A stretch of DNA of 64,000 nucleotides, taken from Amphiscolops sp. MND2022. Lineage: Eukaryota. The notes below the pieces were generated by a model, which did no database searches, was not told the DNA's origin, and was given only the letters and a program-made list of their open reading frames with translations. Below, piece after piece: positions 1-14,392 of the stretch. The position numbers were made by a program, and so were the translations under genes. The stretch is from assembly GCA_964187785.1 (NCBI GenBank), contig OZ076409.1:85438001-85502000 (forward strand), given 5' to 3'. How positions within the stretch are numbered: the first letter of the stretch is position 1; every line of letters begins with the position of its first letter.

Positions 1-639
1 TGTTGAGAAAATGAAAAGCATAAATCTAAAACGCTTGAAAAAAAAAGACGGGATCGTCTCAAGTCGGCGCCATATCTAAGGCTCAAAAATATTCAAAGAA
101 CAACTATTGGAAACATTTGGAAAATTTTTTTTCAAAAAAAATATTGAAAATTTTTTTTCGAAAAAAGTATTTTTTTAGAAAATCGCACAATGCCACAAAA
201 ACTCAAAAAGAGGCCATTCAGGCTCATTGAACGTTTTTACAAACCGAAAACTTCAAAAAATGCAATTGATAGAATCCGAAAATTTTCGAAAAAAAAGTCG
301 CATAGTGCCGAAAAAAAACGAAAAAAAATCAAACGAAACGAAACAAAGCTTTGGTCTCGCATCTACTTTTGGAAACATAAAAAATTTGTGGTTTAGTGCG
401 AGAATCGAACCCACGATCTCCTGCTTTTCAGAAAATTAGTTGAACAAATGTGAACAAATGTGAACAAAGATTGTAAGAAAAGTGGACCACTCAGAGTGAG
501 ATTGTCAACTGAAAAAAAAACTACTCACTGTAAGAGTCGGGCTTTTTTCCTTAAGGGAAAAGGCGCCGACTAAAAACTACCCACTGTAATAGTCGGGCAC
601 AGTTTCTACTAAAATACGCCGACTAAAAACATGAAATAC

Positions 640-948
640 TGTTAAGTATACTGTACCAAGTTATATATGGGCGAAAACAATGTGCCTAATTCGGATAAAA
701 TACACTTTTTGCAATTCAATTTTCACAAGTTCTAGAAGCTTACGAAGTTCGATACAAGCATCTACGAAGTTCGCTCCGTTGTCGGAAAAAACTCGAAAAG
801 AAACGGCGAAGACAAGCAATAAAGTCCGGCGTCGAGAGCGAAGTGACAATTGCTAGCTGAATAGTTTTCGTTGCGTTACATTTTTTCGGAATTGTTTGCG
901 CGTTTTGATTATCCAAGTTCAAAAGGACCCGCAAAATCAACACCAACA
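640..948 (-). repeat. Candidate LTR of the decayed BEL/Pao relic
   Basis: TGTT...AACA termini directly adjoining the truncated integrase-region remnant at ~960. No partner LTR found. Confidence 0.3.
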
Positions 949-959
949 TGAGTTAACGG

Positions 960-3922
960 TTTGCTGGGTGTAATACGTTCTAAGGATAAATCGCCCATCA
1001 TGGGTGGTTTTTTGGTCTAGCATATTGAATACAGACCACGCAAATGTGTACGACCTTTCAAACTAAGTCACGAACGTTCAGAATCCAAAGACACTGACGA
1101 AGATGGGCAATTGTAAGGTTTATAGAACTATGTAAAGTTCGTTGATGTGCTTTTTTTACAAGTAAGCATGAAAGATGAGTATCGCTACTCAAAACTATAC
1201 GCTTTTTTGTGACGTCGGGTAACTCTGAATGACTTAGTCGGCCGCCAGCAGCAACTAAACCATCATTATTCAGTAAAGTTGAGAGTTTCGAAAGTCGAAG
1301 TTTTGACGGAATCGTCGTACCGTTCCGTAGGTTTAAAATTTCAGGATCAAAGACTAGACTTCGTACAATTTTTGTCAAGCTGAATAAAGCGCATTCAAGT
1401 TCCGACGACGATAAAGGTTAAAGTTTTTTGTCTTCGAGCGAAGATTATCTATGAAGCGAAAAACATAAGCAAAAGCTCGCTGCAGCAGTGAAAAATTAGA
1501 GAAGCGTTGGACGTCATTTATGGTCTCACATGCAGTGTCTTTCAGAGACTAAAAGATAGAGACTTTGCGCTGCTCTAGTTCCGTGTTGAAAAAAAACGTG
1601 TTTTTGGGTCAAGAGTTACGGTCCGTCAATAAGGTTGGTCCTTTCCACCGGAAAGAATTGTTCGCTAAAGAAGATACGGTCTGGACTCTCGTGGCTATAT
1701 CTGCGGGGTTGTTCTCGGATGGAATGTGGTTCCAAGTTTCACTAGGAATTTCATCTTTTGACCAAAATTTTGGAGTACTTTTGATCCAACTTAGAGCTAC
1801 AGTTAAATCAGACCATGCGAAAACGGAATCGATTGTCAAAATAGGGTCAAGTGCTGCGAGAGTGAGTCCACAGAGCGTTGAGTATAGCAGAGCTGCGCGG
1901 GGTTCATGTCTGGGTACCGAAATAGTTTTAATTGGAGCGACACGCGTTTCGGAGCAAAGTATTTGCCAGCAGAAACAATCCGAATTCGTTTAAACAAAGT
2001 ATGCTACACAAGCATATGCGGATTCGGAAGCGTCAGAGGAAATGTGCAGTTCCGTTGCTTCAAGGTTATCGCCAAGAAAGCGACGATGAATTTTTATCAC
2101 TTTCAAATCACAAAAAGGTTTGCGGAAGTCAGCAACGATTTTTTTGTCATCCCAACCGAGTTTCAAGCGCCAAGATTTTTGAAAAAAAAACTTTTCAAAT
2201 AATTTACAACTAAGGCGAGGAGACCGAGAGGATCAAAGAAGATTCGGACAAAAGAATCCGTTTTGGTAGCGGTTGTTGCTACATGTTAATTGCTTCGAAA
2301 AAGAAACACTTTTCGCAGGGGTTCCACTGAACGCCTAGCACCTTAACTGCGTGCGATTTGTCAAAGCGGAGATTTTCGGTTTCTTTGAGAAAGCGGAGAT
2401 TTTCGGTTTCGTGAAGAGAATCTGGAATTGAGTCAAGAACTTCCAATGGGTTCGACGACCACTTCTGAATTTCCTATCATGATTTTTGGTGACATTCAAA
2501 AACCCACTCGATTTCTATACCCTCAGAAACACTGTCAGCACTGGTGACTAAGTCATCTACGTAAAAAGTGCGTTCTATCATCGGTGAGGCACAAGTTCAT
2601 CAAAATTGAACCTGGCGGTTTCAAAAAGCGAGCAAATAGAGTGAAATGACCAGGAGGCGATACCGTAAGTTATTCTCGTCATGCGAAAATGTTCTAAGAC
2701 ATCGTTTGCGTTCCATCGCCACACAATGCGATGAAAGCCTTTAAAGGTTTTTTCAATGCAATTTGCAGATAAATTTTAGTTATGTCGGCTGAGAGCGCGA
2801 TTTTGTGTTTTCTGTAGCGGAACAGAGTTTTGAAAAGGTCGTCTTGAATTGTACGACCGACTAACACAGAATTATTTAAAGAGGTGTTTTGATTTAGAGC
2901 AGGGTCGTCAAAAACAACTCTAGTTTAGGTTGCAGTGCTGCTTTGTTTGAAAACAGCGTGATGAAGAAGATAGACGACTTGACAGGAACTTTTTACAAGC
3001 TCATCTTTCGGCACTTTTTCCAGATGCCCTAGGTCAACAAATTCTTTGATGAAGGCTCATTAGTCATTTTTAATTTGGTCAGTTTAAAGAAAACGTCTTT
3101 CCAAAAGTATGAAGCAGCGAGACGCCATTTAGAGCGTGAAGTTGAGATCAGGTGGAGTTTCGTTTTTGAACGACAATTCCACTTGAAATCTGCCATTTGG
3201 CAGCTGCTTAGAAGTTTCAACGAAGTGGTTTTCACAAGTGAATTCTTCCGAGGAATGTTTATGATAGTTTAGTACTTCTTTCAATTTGCTTAAGTCAAAC
3301 TCATCAGCAACAACGTGAAAGCTTCGAACCCGATTCAAACGCTGACGATTCAAACAAAAAAGGTTTCGCAAAGAAAAACACACTCTTGCTGAAATTTCGT
3401 TTCAAGAACGATGTGATCGTATATGTCCGGGCTTAAAAGCAAGTCGATCCGACTAGGAATATTAAAGTTTGGATCATTTAAGTTGACTTTGTTCAAGGTG
3501 GACCAGCTCCTCGTCGGAAAATAGGCAATTGGAAGAGCCTTGGTTATTATAGTCGAAACAGCGCAATTAACCTTGGTATCTCAATCTTGGCCTAACGTTA
3601 AGTCAACCGAACCAATCGATTTTGCTAAGTTTTCAGCTCCGACGCCTTCAATTGTAAGATTACGCTTTCGGCTTTTCAGATTTAACAGTTGAAGACAGTC
3701 TTCGGTAATGAAACTACTTTCCGCTCCAGAATCAAGAAAAGCGCGACAAAAAACAAAGTTGTCCTGGCCGTTCAAGACAGGCAGGAGTGCGGTAGCGAGA
3801 ATTGTTTGACTATTTCAAGAGCGTAACTGAAAACTTTGCGATGTTTGATCAGCTGAGCTCATTACTGCGGTTGATTCATCATGAATCAAAGAATGATGCT
3901 GTTTTTTGCAATGTCGACAGTG
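960..3922 (-). mobile_element. Decayed BEL/Pao LTR retrotransposon fragment A (last gag knuckle, protease, RT, RNase H, start of integrase)
   Basis: Minus-strand remnants: CRHCKKQHHSLIH (~3900), RAFLDSGAESSFIT (3581-3775), YVDD (~2560), FAWSDLTVALSWI and NPADIATR (1609-1839), GGRLSHSEL...HQRTLH (1058-1378). Many stops and frameshifts. Confidence 0.85.
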
Positions 3923-6090
3923 TCTAAGCGCCAACCATGAGACTTTCGTTCAGTGAAAGTCCATTCGAAGTCTTAACAGAACCATCAAAGAGTACACGTA
4001 ACTTCGTTGTTGTTGAGTCTTCTTTGAGGACACAATAAGGAGGTAGATAATAAACTTCAGTATCAGGTTTGTTTATCTCATTTTCAGAAACGACTTCCGT
4101 GTCGTCGAGTGAAACAAATTCCTGAACAAAAGCACCATACCGTTCTTTTACTTCGGGATTAGCTTCCAATCAATGTTCCAGTGAACTGAATTTGCGTTCA
4201 GCTTGAGTTAGGCTTTCACCCAAAATTGCATCTTTTTTGAATGACAACTTGACTACAAAACGTTTGTAGACAACCCTTGTGGTTTCTTGAAAGATTTTCT
4301 CACAACGTAATTCTTCTTCAGTTGGCAAATTTCTTTGAGGTAGAGTCTCATTTTCTCAAAACTTTCACAGGGTTTTGTCTATTGAAGCATGACAAGAGAT
4401 TTAAAAAAATTGTGGATTCAGTTTGCTTTCCAAGCAACTCCCATCCAAAAATAGTTTTAGGTAAAAACAAACCAGGCGATAACTGCCGGCGTTGATTTTC
4501 CATCAATTTTTCGAACATATCCGCACCTAATATCATGTCGACTGGTTTAGAGACATTAAAATAGGGGCCAACCAAAGCGATATTGGTAGATGTGGTAAAC
4601 AAGTTTTAAAAAGATTTCAAAACAAGTTTTACACGACGAGCTTTAACATCTTTTGCCTTTCCGCCGATGCCACTCAGATTCAAGTTTTTATCATCTTTGT
4701 TTAGATTCAATTTATCAGCCCATTTTTCAGTGATAAAGTTAAGTTGCGAGCCACTATCCAATATTGCCCGGCAGTGTACAAGTTTTTTTTGCTAATCAAT
4801 TTTAGAAACAATAGCAGTAGGAAAAATTGTTGTGTAACTTGACTCTTTTTGATGTCCTGTAAATTGAGGATCGTCATTTGTTGTGTGGTTATTTTCACCT
4901 AGGTGAATTTTGTGTTTTGTTTTTTGTTTCAGGTTTGGCAAAAGTTTTTCGAGGTACAACTCTTGATACTATGACCTTCCTTCAAACAGATAAAGCAAAG
5001 CCTAAGATCTTGAATCTGTTGATGTCGTTCAATAATTGATACGGACAAAAACGATGGACAGGTATATATCCGATGTGACCTTGTTCACAGAGGACAAGAC
5101 CTTGAATTGGACTGATAACTTTGACAGGATCCTCTTTTGGCCTTTTTTCCCGCGTTAACTCGCGAGTGAATTCTAGAGACCGACCAGATGTATCTAATGC
5201 ACGAGCACGACGTTCGAGAAACTTTCTCAGTTGCTCCATTGACTACAATTTTCAATCAGCATCACACATTTGCCATTCGAGAGCAGCTCCAGCATCTAAT
5301 TTTCCGGAAAGTACATGCACCCAAACGAAATCACAACTCTTCGTGTCAATTCCCAAAGCACTAAAAGCCTTTTTTTCTAACTAAAAAAACCAATGAGTTT
5401 CCTCAGACTGTCCGCACAGTCTTTCTTCGTCTAATCAATTTTGAAAACTTTATTCGAATGCTCTATCGTGATCAGAAACTTATATCGTATCGATCTTTCA
5501 AGAGTTGAATCACTGCATCATAATTTGCTTCAGTTATAGGCAAAAGAGAAAGAACATGTTTAGCTTCTTGCAAAGCACCTTTGAGATATTAAAGATATTG
5601 TTCTTTGGGTAAAGATTGCTGCTTGTGCACAGTTCATTTGAACATATCAAAGATTGTTTTCCAATCTTTATACTCACCATCAAAAGAGACTGGTCATTTC
5701 GAGGAAGTCGAACATTATCACGGTGGTTTGCGCCAAGCAATGAAGTTATGTCGACAACAGATGTATGTTCGGTAATCCACTTTTGAATGCTTTTCATCAA
5801 CGATTTTGCCTCAGTTTCAATTTCACCTTGTTTGAAAATTTCCGCTTCTAAGACTTCGTCAGTGGTTTCAGAGGCATCGAGAATCTTGGAATAGTATTCT
5901 CCGATTTTGGCTACCCTTTCAGTCAGTGATTCTAACAGTGTTCCCGCTAGTAATCTATCCTTCGCTGTTATTTCTTCAATGTGCCTCATTTTCAATTTGT
6001 CAAACTCGTTGCCCTTTTGAGTAACAACGCCCATATGAAACTTTCGAGAAGCTAGGAGTCTTCATGTTTCGTCGGATATTGTAGTCATGT
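3923..6090 (-). mobile_element. Decayed BEL/Pao fragment B (gag, protease, start of RT)
   Basis: Gag-like ORF 5534-6034, protease-region remnants 4348-4830 (VDMILGAD), and YYLPPYCVLKEDSTTTKLRVLFDGS...SLNESLMVG (3924-4169). Confidence 0.8.
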
Positions 6091-7099
6091 TTCATGTATT
6101 TCAATGAGGATGAAGCAATTATCGTTCTTTCGATTGAGCACAGCCCCTTGCAGGCAGTTCAACGAAAAGAAACGACAATAAGGGTGATTGAAATCAAGTG
6201 AAAACAACCCCTTGCAGGCAGGACACTGGAATTAAAGAAAGACAAGAGAGGGAATGACTGGTCGGAAGGGATATGTAGTGTATTGTTTCTAAAAAGTTTG
6301 AACTGTTCCGCTTTTACAAGGATTTTCGAATTTCTTTCTCAATATCTTTTCGTTAAAGACTTTGTAAACTTTTGCAAAAGTTCTTCTTTCAAAATGACAG
6401 AGATTTTCCGATAAATGCTTCAAGTCGTAAAGTTGATGAGATTTGACGAAAAAACTATGGGTTGCTTCTGTAAGTTGCAAAAAGCGTTGAGCTCTGCGTT
6501 TAATTTCAAAACTTTATGCTGTATTTCTTCAGTACCTTCAGGCGGTACTCCAACAATGCAAACAGTTGAAGTGCGCAAAACAAGTGCTCGAGCAAGTTCA
6601 AATGCTTCGGTTTCAGCTTCAATTGGTTCTTGAGCTGGTCGAAAAGTGCCGTTTTTCGATTGAAAGTTTTCTAATGCGTTACCGACTACAAATTAAATAG
6701 TTTTCCCAAACCTATTGAACGGTGGTAGAAAATCCCAAATATGTTGAGGGCGAGCCCCAGACAAAACGTCAAACGAAATTATTTTGAACAATTTCAGAAG
6801 TGAATCTGACAGAATCAAAATTTTTGAGCTGTTCTTCAGGTGAAAGTTTTTTCGTACCATATGAAAGAGTTAGGAATGATTTACCCAATTTCACGTCGAG
6901 AGGGTCACAGGCCGTTGTTTTTCGTTAGTGCTATAGCTAGATAGCAAAAACTCTTTGACGAAGTTAATTTCTTATCGATCAAGTTACTAATATGAAGATT
7001 TGAAGGCAAACAACAAGTATTTCGCGCTAAAAGTCATTCAATAATCAGGAAAAGTTTTCATCAGTATTTACAAAAGTGTGCATGTAAATCTAAAATAAA

Positions 7100-10000
7100 T
7101 TTCAAAAGAAGTCAGTGGCAGAATTTTGTCTGACTAGACAGATTACTTCTACGAGGTCCAATTCTGATTTGTCTTGAATGCTGCTCGCATTCCCCATGTT
7201 GATGTAGCGAATACCGATAGCTCCCTGGTCACGTGTAAAGTTAAAGGCTTTCACTCTGAAGGTGTTTTCGGAATAGGACGACATGTCTCTTCGATTTCCG
7301 GTGTTTCTTGCTCGGGTTGCAGTTCTTCTGGTGGTGCTTGTCTGTAGCTGTCTGTGCCCTGTCCAGGCTCGTCTTGTTTGGTTTTTGATTTTTTTCCGTA
7401 CACTGTATAATTTTTTTCTTTCTTCCGGTTTCATTTTGTGTTTCTTTATTGACCGTGTTCAACACTCTTTGCCAAAGTACCTTGTTTCTTTTCCGCCATG
7501 TTTCGGCTTTTATTTTCTTTTGTTCTGCTTTCAGTGCTCTTGGGGGAAGGTATCGTTCCCATGGTCCTTGAGTGTATCTATAATCTCCTAGTTTTACGAT
7601 TTCTGTCCACTTGCTGTTAGTCTCATTGTTTCTTCTCAGGGGTATTTTCTTTTGATGTTTTCTACGATTTTGATGTACATTTTTTTGTGGTTGTAACTGT
7701 TTTTGTTCTTAAAATTGTTTACTGAACTTCGAGTTGGTAGCAACGATCAGCGAGTGGTGTGCTTGTTATCGCTTGTCCGTATTTTCTGCACGAAACTCGT
7801 TTCCGATTGGATGTTTATCTGGTGAGAAACTTTTGTGTGGTCCGTTCGCGTCACTGTATCTTTTTATCGATCATGCTGCATTGGTTGTTGATGAACTCGC
7901 GTAGAGGTATTACGCATTGAATTACGTACACTTGATCGTAATTCTCAGATGGCTCCGGATTGGCTTTACATTCGGACTGCCACAATTGGCAGTATTTCTG
8001 ACTAAAAAACCGGTTAGACTAAGGTGTTTGCCTCCAATGCGTTTTTTTGGTGTGTCTCAGTGCGCCAATCTATCCAGCCATCCCCTTTATCTTGCGCTGT
8101 ATGTTTTGCTTGATTGGTTCCCGTTAAATAATAGTTTCAGTGCTTGGTGATCGGTCAATAATTCAATTGATATGCGTTAGATGTAAAAGCGAACGTTTTG
8201 CAATCCCCTCACTACTGCCAAACGTTTGTTTGTGGCGTATTTTTTCTCGGTGTCCGATAAAAACCTACTTGCGAATTCGATCGGTTTCAGACTTCCGTTG
8301 TTTTGTTTTGGCCATAGTGTTGCGCGCAGTCCTTTTGTGGTCACATCAGTTGTAAGGATATTTTCGCTTTCTGAATTGCAGTGTGCTAGGCAGAGCAATT
8401 GTGTTATCAGCCTCTTCATATTTTTAAATAGCTTTGTGTGTTCATCGGTCAAAACCCACTCAATTCGTTGCTCCAGTAGTTTTCTAGTTTTATTTGTTCG
8501 TGCTGATAGGTTCTCGATATACTTTGACAAGTATTGTATGGCACCCAAAAAGGATTTTTATACTTTTTCGTTTTTGGGTATGTTTATCTTCGTGATTTCT
8601 TCGACTTTATCTCGTAGTGGTATGATTCCATTCTGGTCTATTTTGTGTCCGACCCAATCTGCTTCTTTTTTGAAGAGTTTGAACTTTCCGGGTGTAGTCT
8701 GTAGCCTGCTTCCTTCAATTTTTTCATCATTTCTTTTACTTCAGTTTCGTATTACTACCATGCTACCTTTGCTTACTCCTAAAATATCAATATATCATCA
8801 TGCGGGGTGTTTGCACTCTAGTGTTTTATCTATCCGTTCCTGGAAAATTGTTGGTACATCTGCCAGTCCGGAAAAGCCCTTCAGGAATCGGTAGAACCCG
8901 GTGAAATCTCCTCGCGTAACAGTGAATTTGCACAAGTATCTTATTTGTTCGTCCAGTTCGATTAAGTGATAGGCACAGTCAAAATCTAAATTTTGGTATC
9001 AGAATTTTGCCATCGATCTCTTCCAAGCTTTTAAGCGATTTCCGGAATTTCAATTCCTTCATATTTGGCGTTTGTTCTTCTCGTCTAATTGTTCCTTCGT
9101 TTATCTTTCTTGAGTCTACGGCTATTTTTATTGGTTTATCTTTTTTTACCGTTATTACCGCAGGACTTACGAAGCTGCCATCAGTCATTTTGGTTGCTCT
9201 CTCCCAGTATCCAATTTTTTCAGTTCTTCTGCTACCTTTTTCTGTAGATGAATGGGTTTCAGTTGTCTTTTCTATTGTTTTATCTTCACGTCTTCTTTCA
9301 AACTGAACTTCACCACCAGATCTTTTCTTTCAGTGCTATTTTTCAAAAGTTTTCAAAATGGTTTTTAGTTTGATATTTTTTCAGTTTCGTCTATCTGTAT
9401 GTTATGTAATTTGATGGCCTTGGTGTTTGAATAAATCGTTATTTCCAACCGTTTCATCCAGTCAAGTCCCATTAACAGCGTTTTGTTTGCTTTTATAACT
9501 AGTAAGGGCGATTGGTTTTGTCTTCACCGCCGCATTTGTTTGTCCGACGGTTTCAATTTTTGTTGTCATTGACGTCTTTGTAAATGGTGTTCAACTCCTC
9601 CACTTTGGAGACGCTGTTGAATAGACGCTGTGGTATCAACGTTACTTGCGATACACTGTCAATTATGAATTTTATAGGTGCGTTATTGACCAATAATGTT
9701 ACAGAGATGTTGTCACCCTTTTTGTGTTGTTCATGCTTTGCAATTTGTCGTAGTCCCAGTTGTCTCCTCCATAACAATTTGTCTATGTGCTAATCCCGTT
9801 TTAGTATTCGGCACATTTTCTCTATGTGTCTTCTCTTCTTGTAATTTCTACAATCAACGGTACTTGCTTGTCATACAGATTGTCTGGTCCAATTTGGTAT
9901 TCCGCATTTTCAAAATTATTATCTTTGTATATCTCTCTATTGTACTCGGTTTTTTAGTCGGCGCTTTTCTAGGGAAAAGTGCCCGACTCTTACAGTGGCA

Positions 10001-11210
10001 AGCTTTTCTTCTTCTTTTTCGTCAGACTACAATCTCACTCTGATTGGGCCACTTTTCTTACAATCGAAACTACTAAAACTACTACCATAAGGCCAAGTCC
10101 GGTCAGCGGAAATTAGTGCAAAAGGGTCCCCCCCTTTCAATTTTTACTATTTTAACGTAACCTACAAAACCGGACGAGACTAAAGGGTCCCCCTTTTGAT
10201 TTTTTTCGGCATTGTGCGACTTTTTTTCGAAAAATTTTTAACGTCTCAAAAAGAGTCCCCCTTTCGAGTTTTTTGATATTTTGCAAGAGAATATATGTTA
10301 ATCAAGCCCAAAGGGTCCCCCCTTTTACCTTTTTCAGTACTATGCGACGTTTTCTGAAAGAAAAAAACTTCAAGTTTTTTTTTCAAGAAAAGTCTTTTGC
10401 GCTTTTTGAGCCTTAGATATAGCGCCGACTCTATACGTTCCCGTCTTGTTTGTTCTTGCCGTACCTGGGCTTCTCTGATCATTTTTTTGTTTTCTTTCTT
10501 GTACATTCTTTATGTCTCTTCCGTTATTCGAGTTTTTGGAGTCATTTAACCGGTCGTACAAATATTTGTGAAATAAATGCGTTGTAGTTTCACTGGGCAT
10601 GTTTTATTTGCAAATCTTTTTCTCTCCAGTCGATCTGCCGAATCATGACAAAAGCTTCGAAGCAATTAGTTCGGCTGGCGTAACATTATCAAACTCACAG
10701 ATTTTTTCTGTGTGGAGCATTCTCGTCCATACTTCAATGGCTGTCTCTTTTGATTCCCGTGCAACCCCAAAAAAATCAGCTTTACTGTGAAATTAAAATC
10801 TATGGGTATGAAATGAAGCCTAAACAGACAGTACAACGGGTGTATATTCATTTTGTTACCGTCGTTGTCCTTCATTGTTTTTGTCGTTACGGTTGCTGCG
10901 GCTTCACCCAATGCCCAGATGAATATGTCTTCCATCTTCACCTCCAACTCATCACTAATATCAGTTGTAATTTCTTTGTCTGTTGTCATAGTTTTCAGGT
11001 CTATATCTTGTGTCATCTTGACATATTGAATAAGCCTCCTCCACCATAACTTTCCCTTTGCTTCTTGATTAGTCTTCTTCTTAAAAATCGGTAGGGTGAT
11101 TTTTCAATGTAGTTTTCTTCTTGCTTTTCTTTCTGATTTTTCGCTCGAAGAAATTCTTCCCGCCTGATCGTTCGTATCAATTTTGTACTACTCGAAATCA
11201 TCGTGCTGAC
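7100..11210 (-). mobile_element. Decayed Ty3/Gypsy LTR retrotransposon (gag-protease-RT-RNase H)
   Basis: IKFIIDSVSQVTLI protease (9553-9777), FVSPAVITVKKD..IAVDSRKIN RT (8979-9188), ILTTDVTTKGLRATLW and EKKYA RNase H (8177-8548). Interrupted by a dispersed repeat at ~10080-10450. Confidence 0.8.
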
Positions 11211-13972
11211 TGCAACAAGTTAAATCACAATGCATAAGAATCAAATCAATAGGGAATGTAATACTGTATTCAAACTCATGTGTCACATAAATGATACAAT
11301 GGTACAATTAACGATATTGGCAGGTACTTGTGTAATATAGGAATATAGGTCAGCTTATTGACATAACACAAATATCAGACTGATATCTGAATAACGCTCC
11401 ATGCCACATACTTCAACCCTTATGTCTTCTATGTGTTCAAAAGTAAATCTTTTCCCCGGAAACTACGTTGGAAAAATTTTGGAAAACTTACAGGTGTTCG
11501 GCTGAAAAAAATTAGAGATATCGAATTTCCGTATAACGTAAACACAACACTTTGAGAACAATCTTTTTGGCAACAAGCCAAGTTAGTTTATGGGGTTTTA
11601 CTTCTGGGTGGACAATTTCCAGTTGTCAAAACACAGATTGTTTTTTCCCAATTTGAAACCATGTATCACAAACCTGCGAGAAAACGTAGCATTAATTATC
11701 ACAAAAGTTCAAAGAACAGTTTCTGAGTTGTCACCTGTTAACGGGATCGTGTCCCAAATAGCTGAAAAGCTTTTATGCAGAAAACTATCGCAAAGGAATA
11801 GCAAAAATAGCGGAACCATTGTTTTGCCATAAAACCAAGAAATAATACTAAATATCCAGGGTGTATCTTCCAGATTCGATAGGCACTCTCTCTAGCTTGA
11901 CTACGCGATTGCCTTCTGGTGAACTTTTTTGTTAATATGTTGAAGAATGCGGTTTTCCCCTGAAGTGTCTCATAACAGGTTGCGCTTTGTGTTTGAAAAT
12001 TTGTTTCCAGCTAGATTTGTAGAAAACTGGGGAAAGTCAGACTTGAAGAAAAGAAGTGAGGAATTGATCCAGACATTAAACCATCGTGGAGTGAGACAAA
12101 ACAAAATTTGACAAAACAGAATGTTTTGTATGATGGACAAAACAACCGATTCCAGAAATTCAGGATTCAGGATTCCCCAAGCAATTGAATGCCAATTAAA
12201 GAAAGACCTATCAAAACAAGAAACGGGATCCAATGGGTTTTCGCTAAAGTTGTTGGAAGCTACTGTAATGTGTTGCTTATAGGCAGACACTGGATGAAAA
12301 AGTGATTTTTCAAACGCTTTTAAAAGAAGCCAAAATTCAAATTGAACAATCAGTTGTAATAGTGGTTACCCAAGTCGAGGTTGGTTGAACTTTTTACATG
12401 CGGCATGGAAACATGCTAATTTATTACAAAACATAAAGTTCAGGGAGCATGCATGGAAAATTTTTGTAACTTCCAAGAGTTTGTAAAATGCTTAAAGCAC
12501 ATCCATGCACTTTGAAAAAGTTTCCAAGCAGTTACAGAATTTCTTTTAAAAATTAGTAAGCAAAAAAGCGAAGGCTCTGGTCGATATTAAACCTGCAACA
12601 ACCTTGGATAACTTATTTACAGGCTTTCTCTTCATCTTGAAACCTAGTGTACTTCATCAAAAATTCAGTCCAATGAGAAAAAATCAATTCAATCATTACA
12701 AAATGAGACAAATTAGCATGAAAAAGACAGTTCAGAAGCATTTAAGTTTATTTATTGTCACATCATACGGATTTGCTTAGGCCAAAACTAGTTCAGAAGT
12801 CTGCAAAACCAGACCAGTTTCTACTTCCCAAACGTCAGCTAGAACTGCGGCCACATCTGAAGCACTCCAACTGCAAGGACGACGAGAAAAGAGAACTTCC
12901 ACGGTTGGAGAGTCTGAAAAGAAAGGGTTTCTAAAGCATTCGATACTTTGATACAAAGCAAGATAAAACGCAAGGTTTTCAAACAATTCAAAGGCATCGG
13001 CTCAGGATATGATGTCATACATATGATGTCATACTAGTCCTCGTTTGTTTTTTGCAATCAGTAAATCGAAAATAAAGATTTCGATAACGACAAAAAAAGT
13101 TCGAATGTTTCAAAATAGCCTCGTATGGAGTTTATTTTAGTTCTCGTAAACAGCTTTGAAAACACAAAAAAATGTGACATTAACCAGTTTCCACCTCTCA
13201 AACAACTGAAACGTCAGCTAAAACTGCGCCGAAGTTCAATTCGCATCTCTTCAGAACCATAGTTTTCTAACGATATTAACTAAAACTTCTATTCACTTCG
13301 ATGCAAAATGTCATAATTTTGCTAATATGCCCATTAAGCCGCCTTGTTGGTGAGATAATTCAAGATCAAACTGTAAAAGACGATCAATTCACCTAGTCAT
13401 CTCTGTCAACATTTATGTGATAAAAACTCAGGCCTCTTGATCTGTTCAGTTCCACTTTCTTTTTTCTTTAAGTAATTCGCTGAACGGGTATGTTTTTGGA
13501 GCCGACTTTCGGTAGTAATCAACTGATGCACTGCCCAGAGCTTTATCTCCGAGTCCTTTGAGTTTTATGGTTTTATTTTGTAAGTATTTCCTTGCAATTT
13601 ATCTTTATGCAGCTTTATCCCGTCCGTCAAAATAACAAAAACTAACCAGTATGTTCCAGATTTTGCTACTTGGCATTTATCTGCATTCAAATGATCGCGT
13701 CTAAAATTTTAAGAACTTCATATTTTGTTTTCCTGCTATTCAATTGTACCCTTGGTTAGTATTCGACTTTCATCTGTAAAACGGACACGTTTTATACACT
13801 GATTGAAAGCCCTTCCATAGTTCGAATGTCTAGGAGCAAGACTGTAAAAACAGTTTTGAATTGAGAAACACCATTGGTTTCACCTCCAACAATGGCAAAG
13901 TTACAAGGCTCTGTCAATTCTGGTTTTAAGGTAACTGCTCCTACGTATACTTATGGTTTATTGAAATGAAAA

Positions 13973-13993
13973 ACTCTCTCTCTCTCTCTCTCT
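13973..13993. repeat. (CT)n microsatellite
   Basis: Seen directly. Confidence 0.9.
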
Positions 13994-14392
13994 ACCAAAA
14001 TTTCTGCTATGATAGACATTGAAGCTTCTAGATATTGCTTTCCGTGTTGATCTTTGAAGCTAATTTTACACTGTTTTTATTAGTCGACACTTTTTTTCGA
14101 TAATAGTCATGGCTTTTCGTCAGTTTTCGATACAGCTGACGCAGCCAAATTAGTTCTACACGGTCTCAAATTTTTGATTTTTCTGATTTTTCAAAGTCCA
14201 AAGGGTGACCTCATTTAAAATTTTTGGTCCTGTAGAACGGATGAGAGTTTTTTCAATGATTGTGGAAATGATCTGCGGTATTCTTCGGCACTGTGTGACT
14301 TTTCCTCAAAAAAATCGTTTTTTGGTCAAAGTGCACTCTTCACTTTCATAACTGTTTTCGGCTTGAAAAAAAGCGTTTTGCGAGCTTAAAGC

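Noticed and set aside
11500..13950. Short ORFs as possible host exons
   Set aside because: No recognisable motif or consistent splice chain was found; the region is left unannotated.
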